Shown: piece by piece, positions 42,039 through 50,045 of the stretch | Layout of the letters: the number at the start of each line of letters is the position of its first letter | Position numbering within the stretch: position 1 is the stretch's first letter | Assembly (NCBI GenBank): GCA_044368775.1 | Contig: JBILJA010000001.1 | Location: 1-50,045, forward strand | Direction of reading: 5' to 3' | From: Burkholderiaceae bacterium | Lineage (GTDB): Bacteria; Pseudomonadota; Gammaproteobacteria; Burkholderiales; Burkholderiaceae_B | Length of the DNA: 50,045 nucleotides | Notes under the pieces: generated by a model | The model's input: only the letters and a program-made list of their open reading frames with translations | What the model was told of the DNA's origin: nothing | Databases searched by the model: none | Made by a program: the position numbers and the translations under genes

Positions 42039-42095
42039 TGCGTGAATGATGCGTCTGGTGTAGGATAAAGAGATCCACACCTAGGGGCGTACACC

Positions 42096-44801
42096 ATGAA
42101 GCACGACACACTGAACACGCTTAAAAAATTCAAAATAGGCAAAAAACAAGCGCACTTTTACTCACTACCAGCGCTCGGTGAAGTGCTAGGCGTAGATGTC
42201 TCTCGTCTGCCGGTCTCGATTCGCATCGTGCTCGAATCGGTGATGCGAAATTGTGATGGGAAAAAAGTCACAGAGTCGCATATTCGCGAACTCGCTGGCT
42301 GGAAACCAAAAAGCAAACGCGAGCTTGAAATCCCCTTTGTCGTTGCGCGCGTGGTGTTGCAAGACTTTACAGGTGTGCCCTTACTCGCCGATCTCGCTGC
42401 GATGCGTGGTGTCGCCCAAAAAATGGGCAAGGATGCCAAGTCCATTGAGCCACTTGTACCCGTCGACCTCGTGGTGGATCACTCCGTCATGATTGATTAC
42501 TTCGGCACGAAGGACGCCTTAGATCTCAACATGAAGGTTGAGTTTTCGCGCAACAAGGAACGTTATCAATTTCTAAAGTGGGGGATGCAAGCCTTTGATA
42601 CGTTTGGCGTCGTGCCTCCCGGCTTTGGCATCGTGCATCAAATCAATCTAGAGTACTTAGCGCGCGGCGTCCATCACGACAAAAAAAATGATGTTTATTA
42701 TCCTGACACACTCGTCGGCACCGACAGTCACACCACCATGATCAACGGGATTGGCGTAGTCGGTTGGGGCGTGGGCGGGATCGAGGCCGAGGCTGGCATG
42801 CTGGGTCAACCTGTCTATATTTTGACCCCTGACGTGGTGGGCGTGGAGTTGTCAGGCGAATTGCGAGGTGGCGTCACCGCGACGGATTTGGTGCTCACCA
42901 TCACAGAGTTACTCCGCAAACAAAAGGTCGTGGGTCAGTTCGTCGAATTTTGTGGTCCGGGTACAGCAAAACTGTCTGTCACTGACCGTGCAACCATTGG
43001 CAACATGGCGCCAGAGTACGGTGCCACGATGGGCTTTTTTCCAGTCGATGCACGCACGATCGAATATTTCGAGGGCACGGGTCGCACCAAGGACGAGGTC
43101 AAGGCGCTCGAAGCCTACTTTAAGGCGCAAGGGATGTTTGGCATCCCCAAGGCCACTGACATTGATTACACCCGCGTGATCAAGCTTGATCTGGGCTCCG
43201 TCGTACCTTCTCTTGCAGGCCCAAAGCGCCCTCAGGACCGCATTGAAATCGGTCAAGTTAAAAAGACCTTTAAATCTCTGTTTTCAAAACCGATTGCCGC
43301 CAACGGATTCAATCAGCCCGCTGCAAAACTCAACAAGCCTTTCAAGACAGCCACGGGCAGAACACTGAACAACGGCGATATTCTGATTGCGGGCATTACT
43401 TCTTGTACAAATACCTCGAACCCGAGCGTCATGCTTGCGGCGGGTTTGCTCGCCAAAAAAGCGGTTGAGGCCGGACTCACTGTCCCCGCGCACGTCAAAA
43501 CTTCCCTTGCCCCGGGTTCGCGCGTCGTCACAGAGTATCTTGAGCGCGCGGGGCTCTTGCCTTATCTGGACAAACTCGGCTTTGATGTCGCCGCCTACGG
43601 GTGTACAACCTGCATTGGAAATGCTGGCGATCTGGTTGCCGATTTCAATCAAGCCATCCTGGACAACGACCTGATCTGTGCAGCCATACTGTCAGGCAAT
43701 AGAAACTTTGAAGCGCGGATTCATCCGAATCTCAAAGCAAATTTCCTCGCCTCACCGCCTCTGGTTGTGGCCTACGCCTTGGCAGGCAACATCACTCGAG
43801 ACTTAATGACAGAACCTGTGGGTCGCGGCAAAAAAGGCGACGTCTATCTCGGCGATCTCTGGCCCACCGCCAAAGAAGTCGACAAGCTCATGAAGTTTGC
43901 AATGGATCCCAAGGTGTTTAGAGCCAACTACGCCAAGGTGGAAAAAAAGCCTGGCAAACTTTGGCAAAACATTGAAGGCGTCAATGGGGAACTCTACAAC
44001 TGGCCGAGTTCCACCTATATCGCCGAGCCACCCTTTTTTGACGGTTTCACCATGGAGCCCAAACCGATGCCTGCAGTGAGAGGCGCGCGTATCTTGGGTA
44101 TTTTTGGCGACTCCGTGACGACCGATCATATTTCACCAGCAGGGTCGATCAGCGATGCCACACCGGCGGGTCAGTGGCTACTCGATCATGGCATCCAAAA
44201 GGCGGACTTCAATAGCTACGGTTCGCGCCGAGGCAATCACGAAATCATGATGCGCGGTACCTTTGCCAATGTCCGCATTAAAAATCTGATGATCCCGCCC
44301 CGCCCCGATGGCTCTCGCGTTGAGGGTGGACAAACCTTGATGCAACCCAAGGGCGAGCAGATCTCGATCTATGAGGCTGCCATGCGCTACGTCAACTCGG
44401 GTATTCCTACCGTTGTCTTTGGTGGCGAGGAATATGGCTCAGGTTCATCTCGCGACTGGGCCGCCAAAGGCACTCAGTTGCTAGGCGTCAAGGCCGTGAT
44501 TGTCCGCAGTTTCGAGCGGATCCACCGCAGCAATCTGGTTGGAATGGGCGTGCTGCCTTTGCAATTCAAAGGTCAAGACAGTGCGGCCTCCCTGGGCCTG
44601 ACCGGTGCAGAAACCTTTGATATAGAAGGACTAGAAACAGGCATCATCCCGCAGCAAGACGTGACCTTGGTGATTCACCGTCCAGATGGCTCCAGCGCGC
44701 GTATCGCTGTCTTATTACGCATCGATACGCCCATTGAGGTTGACTATTATCAACACGGCGGGATTCTGCCCTTTGTACTGAGGCAACTCTTAGCCGCCTA
44801 A
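42096..44801 (+). CDS. acnA: Aconitate hydratase A
   Basis: [38 protein letters not shown] and [10 protein letters not shown]. Confidence 0.96.
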   Translation: MKHDTLNTLKKFKIGKKQAHFYSLPALGEVLGVDVSRLPVSIRIVLESVMRNCDGKKVTESHIRELAGWKPKSKRELEIPFVVARVVLQDFTGVPLLADLAAMRGVAQKMGKDAKSIEPLVPVDLVVDHSVMIDYFGTKDALDLNMKVEFSRNKERYQFLKWGMQAFDTFGVVPPGFGIVHQINLEYLARGVHHDKKNDVYYPDTLVGTDSHTTMINGIGVVGWGVGGIEAEAGMLGQPVYILTPDVVGVELSGELRGGVTATDLVLTITELLRKQKVVGQFVEFCGPGTAKLSVTDRATIGNMAPEYGATMGFFPVDARTIEYFEGTGRTKDEVKALEAYFKAQGMFGIPKATDIDYTRVIKLDLGSVVPSLAGPKRPQDRIEIGQVKKTFKSLFSKPIAANGFNQPAAKLNKPFKTATGRTLNNGDILIAGITSCTNTSNPSVMLAAGLLAKKAVEAGLTVPAHVKTSLAPGSRVVTEYLERAGLLPYLDKLGFDVAAYGCTTCIGNAGDLVADFNQAILDNDLICAAILSGNRNFEARIHPNLKANFLASPPLVVAYALAGNITRDLMTEPVGRGKKGDVYLGDLWPTAKEVDKLMKFAMDPKVFRANYAKVEKKPGKLWQNIEGVNGELYNWPSSTYIAEPPFFDGFTMEPKPMPAVRGARILGIFGDSVTTDHISPAGSISDATPAGQWLLDHGIQKADFNSYGSRRGNHEIMMRGTFANVRIKNLMIPPRPDGSRVEGGQTLMQPKGEQISIYEAAMRYVNSGIPTVVFGGEEYGSGSSRDWAAKGTQLLGVKAVIVRSFERIHRSNLVGMGVLPLQFKGQDSAASLGLTGAETFDIEGLETGIIPQQDVTLVIHRPDGSSARIAVLLRIDTPIEVDYYQHGGILPFVLRQLLAA

Positions 44802-44806
44802 GCACG

Positions 44807-44842
44807 AGGAGTCTGGATAGTTCGTTACACTAGACTCCTTTT
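44807..44842 (+). terminator. Possible terminator hairpin after acnA
   Basis: AGGAGTCTGG...CTAGACTCCT followed by TTT; the loop is large (13 nt). Confidence 0.45.
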
Positions 44843-44862
44843 GTCGGCAGGCACGCAAACTC

Positions 44863-46089
44863 ATGGCACGTCTTCGTTCGAGCTCTCCTTCTACCCGCCT
44901 GACGCGAGATGCTTCGCGTCTGGTGGCGCTTGCGCTCGCGCTACATAGCTCTGGCAGTCGTGTCGAGGACCGTTATTGGGAAACCGAGCTTGCGACGGTA
45001 TTACTCAAGCTGATGCGCACGCATAATGACGCCGCGATCGATGCAGCGCTTGAGCATCTTTCTCAAACCCATTTGGGTGGTTATGAGGTCTTGATTGAGC
45101 AAGCCGAGACGCTCTCTGAATCATGCGTCCTCACCGCTGAGGGCAAAAAAGATGGCAAGCGCTTTGATGTGCTGCTGCTTGTCGCGCCCTTGGTGGCGTG
45201 GACGCGCTACAGCATTCCCTCCTGCGAAGTCCCCACCGCCATGGCACAGGCTTTGCGTGAGCACCTCCAAGCCCACATCCTAGCCAGCGATACCCAGGTC
45301 GCACTATTTCCTCATCTGGTCAGCCTGGATCAAATGCCACGTACCTTTTGCGAAACGTGGGACTGGCTGCAAAAACTTGGTTTGGCGGCTTTAGGTACCT
45401 CCTTTAATGCCCCAAAGTTAAACACCGAGCCCGAAGCTTTTAATATGCTGGCCGATACACGCTATCTCGTGGCGGCTATCGCCGTCCCTGAAGGGCAACC
45501 ATTGTTTCGCTGGCAAGAACAGCCCGGTGAACTCGGCCTAGGTCGTGAAATCTGTCTAGAGCGCTGGGCCGCAGAGGCCAAGCCGCACATGACGACTCTC
45601 CTGCCGGGTTGCGGCTTTGAAATTCTCACGCCCGACGCCTACTACGTGAGCAATCGGGATGCCGATCGACGCGTTCGACCCTTGTCCGTCAAAGCAGCGG
45701 TTTCTTGGCTAGGTGCTGCGCTCAATATCGAGCCCACCCAGCTGCGCGCCGTCGTAGCAGGCTGTGGTGAACGTCGTATCGACGAATATCGTATTGGCTT
45801 TACCCAAAAGAATCAAAACGAAGTGGTCTACGGCTGCCTGTGGCCGCTTTATGGGCGTGAAGATGATCAGCCGCTTCTCGAACATGAGCCCCCTCCGATT
45901 GAAACCGTTGAAGAAATCGCCGCTCTACTCAAAGAGTGTGGCGTCAACGATATCCGGCGCTTACCCGGTATGTTGATGCCCGAGTTTTGCGAAGACTGTG
46001 GCGCACCCTATTTTCCCAATCCAAATGGTGAAATGGTGCATGCCGAACTCCCCGAAGACGCAGAAACAGCGCCCCCGCACTTTCACTAG
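44863..46089 (+). CDS. DUF2863 family protein
   Basis: SGSRVEDRYWE, EYRIGF, YGCLWPLYGRED and C-terminal FCEDCGAPYFP (CxxC); family recognised from memory. Confidence 0.8.
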   Translation: MARLRSSSPSTRLTRDASRLVALALALHSSGSRVEDRYWETELATVLLKLMRTHNDAAIDAALEHLSQTHLGGYEVLIEQAETLSESCVLTAEGKKDGKRFDVLLLVAPLVAWTRYSIPSCEVPTAMAQALREHLQAHILASDTQVALFPHLVSLDQMPRTFCETWDWLQKLGLAALGTSFNAPKLNTEPEAFNMLADTRYLVAAIAVPEGQPLFRWQEQPGELGLGREICLERWAAEAKPHMTTLLPGCGFEILTPDAYYVSNRDADRRVRPLSVKAAVSWLGAALNIEPTQLRAVVAGCGERRIDEYRIGFTQKNQNEVVYGCLWPLYGREDDQPLLEHEPPPIETVEEIAALLKECGVNDIRRLPGMLMPEFCEDCGAPYFPNPNGEMVHAELPEDAETAPPHFH

Positions 46090-46091
46090 CC

Positions 46092-47261
46092 ATGCGCGCA
46101 GATATTTTTTGCCGAGTCATCGACAACTTTGGCGATATCGGAGTGACCTGGCGTTTAGTGCGCCAACTCCAACGCGAGCATGACTGGCAGGTCAGACTCT
46201 GGGTCGATGACCTGAACAGTTTTCAGCGACTTGAACCGCGCGTCTCTGTGGCTGCTACTCAACACATCGATGGTATCGAAATCATCCATTGGCCACAATC
46301 AACCGATTTCACGCCTGCGCCAATCGTGATTGCCACTTTTTCTTGTGATTTGCCAGACCAGTATGTCGAAAACATGCGTGCGCAGCGCAATCATCCGACT
46401 GCAAGATCCGAAAGCCTGTGGATCAATCTTGAATACCTGAGTGCCGAGGACTGGGTCGAAGGCTGCCATGGACTCCCATCCTTACGTGCGGACGGATTGT
46501 CTTCGCATTTTTTCTTCCCAGGTTTCACGGAGCAAACAGGTGGGTTGTTGCGTGAATCAGCACTGATTGCCCAGCGCGATACGTGGCAAAAAGATCGTGC
46601 AGCACAACGCGCATTCTTGGAAAATCTGGGCTTAAGTCATGCGGCGATCGCTGCGCTTTTTCCTGCCATGCGAGACAACCCTGCGGCCAGACTTGTCAAT
46701 TTATTTTGCTACAACAACGCGCCTGTCGCCGCACTGATTGGCGCATTGAGCGCTGACCCACGACAAACGGTCTTGCTCATCCCCGAAGGCATTCTTCCGC
46801 AATATGCGTCTGGACAACAAGGACAGCTCTTCATAGAACGTGTGCCGTTTTTACCTCAAAACGAATACGACAAAGTCCTCTGGACTGCCGATCTGAACTT
46901 TGTCCGCGGTGAGGATTCCATTGTCCGTGGAATATGGGCTGGCAAGCCCCTGATCTGGCAGATCTACCCCCAGACAGAAAACACCCATCTGGTGAAATTA
47001 CGGGCATGGCTCGCGCAAACGGGATTGCCTGAGGATGTTTGCACTGTCATGATGCGCTGGAATCCAGAGAGTATGCAAATTGATTCTGCTGCTGCAGAAG
47101 ACGGCACTGAATTCGCCAGTGCACTGCTACGACAGCTCAAACCGGAAAACTTTCACGCCTGGCAGCAGCAGGCAGACCGCTTCTGCACCCGTCAAACAGC
47201 CCAAACTGACTTGGCAAAAGCGCTTACGACGTTCTGCCTAAGCAAACAAGGCCAAGCGTAA
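46092..47261 (+). CDS. earP: EF-P arginine rhamnosyltransferase
   Basis: [33 protein letters not shown] and NFVRGEDS; directly upstream of efp. Confidence 0.95.
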   Translation: MRADIFCRVIDNFGDIGVTWRLVRQLQREHDWQVRLWVDDLNSFQRLEPRVSVAATQHIDGIEIIHWPQSTDFTPAPIVIATFSCDLPDQYVENMRAQRNHPTARSESLWINLEYLSAEDWVEGCHGLPSLRADGLSSHFFFPGFTEQTGGLLRESALIAQRDTWQKDRAAQRAFLENLGLSHAAIAALFPAMRDNPAARLVNLFCYNNAPVAALIGALSADPRQTVLLIPEGILPQYASGQQGQLFIERVPFLPQNEYDKVLWTADLNFVRGEDSIVRGIWAGKPLIWQIYPQTENTHLVKLRAWLAQTGLPEDVCTVMMRWNPESMQIDSAAAEDGTEFASALLRQLKPENFHAWQQQADRFCTRQTAQTDLAKALTTFCLSKQGQA

Positions 47262-47359
47262 AGCAAATTTGCCCCAGAAAGGCTAAAATAAAAGACTTTT
47301 ATATCCCTAACTCCGGTTTTTACCGTCCCGGAGACTCATCGCTACCGGAGTTTATTCGA

Positions 47360-47917
47360 ATGAAAACAGCACAAGAGCTGCGCGTCGGCAACGTGATCAT
47401 GATCGGCAAAGACCCAATGGTCATTCAGCGTGCCGAATACAGCAAGTCAGGCCGTAACGCCTCTGTTGTCAAATTCAAATTCAAAAACCTGCTGACCGGC
47501 TCAGGCGCAGAAAACGTTTGCAAAGCAGACGAAAAATTCGAATTAGTCGTACTCGATCGTAAAGAGTGCTCCTACTCGTACTTTGGCGACCCCATGTATG
47601 TGTTTATGGACGCTGATTTCAACCAGTACGAAATCGAAGCAGAAAGCATGGGTGACGCTATGCACTACCTCGAAGAAGGCATGCCCGTTGAGGTTGTGTT
47701 CTATGACGGCCGTGCAATTTCTATCGAATTGCCCACGATGCTTGTTCGCGAAATCATCTACACCGAGCCCGCCGTGCGTGGTGATACCTCCGGCAAGGTC
47801 ATGAAACCAGCAAAGATCAATACAGGTCACGAATTGCCTGTGCCCCTGTTCTGCTCGATTGGCGACAAGATTGAGATTGACACACGCACTGGCGAATACC
47901 GTAGCCGCGTGATGTAA
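47360..47917 (+). CDS. efp: Elongation factor P (Arg32 type)
   Basis: KSGRN with Arg at residue 32, TEPAVRGDT and IDTRTGEY. Confidence 0.97.
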   Translation: MKTAQELRVGNVIMIGKDPMVIQRAEYSKSGRNASVVKFKFKNLLTGSGAENVCKADEKFELVVLDRKECSYSYFGDPMYVFMDADFNQYEIEAESMGDAMHYLEEGMPVEVVFYDGRAISIELPTMLVREIIYTEPAVRGDTSGKVMKPAKINTGHELPVPLFCSIGDKIEIDTRTGEYRSRVM

Positions 47918-47944
47918 ATCTTTTTACTATAGTAAAGTAAGAAT

Positions 47945-47973
47945 AAAAATCCCACCTCTTGGTGGGATTTTTT
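47945..47973. terminator. Bidirectional terminator between efp and the GT9 gene
   Basis: AAAAATCCCACC-TCTT-GGTGGGATTTTT. Confidence 0.88.
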
Positions 47974-48022
47974 ATGGCGAACATAGGAGGCTGATGCGCA
48001 ACAATAGAGATGGCGCGCCAGT

Positions 48023-49037
48023 TTAACTGAGCCAGCTCACGATCCGCTCTGCACAAAGACTCACCTCAATCGTGGCCATATTGGTCGGCTCGTTGCCCTG
48101 TAACTCTGGACTAAAGCTGATCGTGCGTCCTTCGCTATTGCAGGGACGCCATCTCAGAGGGGTTGCCGATCGTTTAGCTGGAAAAAAACCTACTGTCGGT
48201 ATATCGAGTGCTCCCGCAACATGCAACGGACCGGTCGAACCGGCTACCATCAACTGAGCCGTCGCGATACTTTTTGCAAAAGTGGCAAGTCCCTCATTCG
48301 AACGATAGACCACACTTTCGATATATTCTGGAATGCGCTGATGCAAAGACTCAACACTCTGCTCTTCGCCAGGACCACACGTCAAGACCCATTGGGGCAA
48401 TGCTCGCTGCTCTTGCTCCAACTGTTGATGCATTGAAATGACCAACTGCGCATATTGTTCAAGCGAGAGATTGTTAGCAGAGCCACCCGAACCACAATGT
48501 AAAAAAAACCATGGCCTCGCAGCATCGAGTCCGAGCTTGTTGGCTAACTGATCACGCAACGCAGTCTTTTCGCCTGAACTTATCGGCCAGTAAGGTGGCA
48601 AAGACTGAGCGGGTTTATGGCCTAAAAATTCGATTAAAGCTGAGGCTAGCTCAAGGTTATAGATAAACTCAGGTCTCTCTGAACGAGAACGCCTTTGAAC
48701 CACAGTGCGATTATAAAAAACCTGAGCCCACTTTGTTGCGGGGGCAAACCGGATAGGAATTCGACCTTTAAAAACCTGCCACCCTATCCTGCCAGTTGAG
48801 AATAATGTCAACACAGCATCGAAATTTTGACGGTTGACTTGATCAAGATCTTGAGGGTCCGACAGGACATGATCTACCCAGGGACAGACTTCGGCAAGAG
48901 GCCGGGTGTAGGCGGGGACCAGCACGCTGAGATGACATTGAGGCAAGGAGCGCTTGAGGAGTGCCAAGGCAGGCCAGGCCAGCATGAAATCGCCCAGCTT
49001 ATCCGTTGCGCACGACCAGTATACGTAAGAGCTTCAT
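48023..49037 (-). pseudogene. GT9 family (LPS heptosyltransferase-like) glycosyltransferase with a 1-bp frameshift near the N-terminus (real or sequencing error)
   Basis: ATG at 49037 overlaps the upstream TGA (ATGA) and reads MKLLRILVVRNG*. Removing one base near 49004 gives R(N/T)DKLGDFMLAWP in frame with the 320-aa ORF, which carries GSTGPLHVAGAL. Confidence 0.8.
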
Positions 49038-49837
49038 GCGCGTGGGGGATGCTTCGTCGATGTATCGCTTTGATCGACCTGCTGCCGTTGCGTTGTTCCC
49101 CTAACCCAGAGATCAGCGTATTTAACAAAGGTAGAGTGCGCAGACAAGACAGCGAGCAACAAGCCCGGACGACCATCCAGAAAACCTGCCTTGAGCACAT
49201 ACATTCGAACAAAACAACTGACGCCATGTAAAAAAGCGACACCAAGGTTGGTTGTTTTGCCCTTCTTTTGACGTCCCTGAGCCCACAGCTCTGCATAGTG
49301 GGCAGATTTAACAAGGTAGTGCCGCATACTGTCGTAGGTATAGTGAAGTAAGTCGCCATGCAGTCTTTTGACGGGCAGGCCATTAGGATTTAAGAGCTTT
49401 TCATGGACCAGCTCACTGTTGTAATGGGCTGCCTCTCTCGGATAGAGACGGTCAATCGGATCCGGATACCAACCCGAATGACGAATGAAGCCCCCAAAAC
49501 ACCAACTCAAGCGTGACATTCTGCCAATGGCAGGTTCACCCTGAATGTGTGCCTGAATCGAAGCTTGCAATGCAGGCGTGACTCGCTCGTCGGCGTCGAT
49601 CATCAAGATCCAATCGCAACGCGCCAACGCTTGGGCGCGCTGACGCTGTATCCCAAAACCTTGCCAATCCTCAGCTTGAACAACCCGCGCATCGAAAGAC
49701 TGCGCAATGCGACAAGTCGCATCTGTACTGCCCGAGTCAAGCACGATCAATTCATCCACCCACTGCAAGGTGCTGAGACATTGAGCGAGATGAGCCTCTT
49801 CGTTTTTGACGATGATGACTGCAGACACCGTACTCAT
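49034..49837 (-). CDS. GT2 family LPS core glycosyltransferase (KdtX/WaaE-like)
   Basis: IIVKNEE, LDSGSTD, WQGFGIQRQ, IDADER, GWYPD and GFLDG. ATG at 49837. Confidence 0.9.
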   Translation of the reverse strand: MSTVSAVIIVKNEEAHLAQCLSTLQWVDELIVLDSGSTDATCRIAQSFDARVVQAEDWQGFGIQRQRAQALARCDWILMIDADERVTPALQASIQAHIQGEPAIGRMSRLSWCFGGFIRHSGWYPDPIDRLYPREAAHYNSELVHEKLLNPNGLPVKRLHGDLLHYTYDSMRHYLVKSAHYAELWAQGRQKKGKTTNLGVAFLHGVSCFVRMYVLKAGFLDGRPGLLLAVLSAHSTFVKYADLWVRGTTQRQQVDQSDTSTKHPPRA

Positions 49838-49926
49838 GAATGATGACCTTATGCTGTGAAAAGGATACTTATAACAATAACACTCAGGAATCCATTCCAA
49901 CTCGTTTATAACGATCCATGAGCGTT

Positions 49927-50045
49927 TTATCGTGTCGCGCGTTCGAGCTCACCTAGCCAACGCAATGCATAAACGCGATCCGTCCCACACATCTCCTGCG
50001 ACGGCTGCAATCCGCCACAAAACGCGGGGCGCTCCGGCTGACCAA
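49927..50045 (-). CDS. 3' end of a YkgJ/YeiW-family cysteine-cluster protein (partial)
   Basis: Manual translation, not in the ORF track: GQPERPAFCGGLQPSQEMCGTDRVYALRWLGELERATR*, matching the RPxxC..LQPS.EMCG pattern of this family. Confidence 0.7.
   Translation of the reverse strand, partial: GQPERPAFCGGLQPSQEMCGTDRVYALRWLGELERATR

Noticed and set aside
1-50045. CRISPR arrays, IS elements, integrases, prophage, defence systems, tRNA or rRNA genes
   Set aside because: None seen. Intergenic gaps are short and nearly all sequence is accounted for by housekeeping genes.

Overview
Core-metabolism chromosomal window from a betaproteobacterium, probably Alcaligenaceae (inferred from Bordetella-like gene content and order). 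No mobile elements, CRISPR arrays, rRNA or tRNA genes were seen. In order: a tandem cyanophycin synthetase pair (5'-truncated cphA-like gene plus cphA); a convergent rluD-pgeF-phaC-phaB-phaR unit with no phaA; bamD; a DinG/YoaA helicase; tex; sucA-sucB-lpdA-zapE-trpS preceded by a sucA-type leader RNA; maeB; a GntR (SdhR-type) gene with sdhCDAB-sdhE-gltA; mdh; the methylcitrate genes prpB-prpC-acnD-prpF; a small membrane protein and a GNAT; acnB; acnA; DUF2863-earP-efp; two LPS glycosyltransferases (the GT9 gene frameshifted); and the 3' end of a YkgJ-family gene. I found no clearly new multi-gene system. The best leads are: complementary degeneration in the two CphA paralogs; identical 20-bp operators placed exactly 3 bp before the candidate -35 of both mdh and acnB; PhaR-like boxes before maeB and phaC; a possible RBS-sequestering switch in the efp leader; a YegP-like tail on TrpRS; and the GT9 frameshift.
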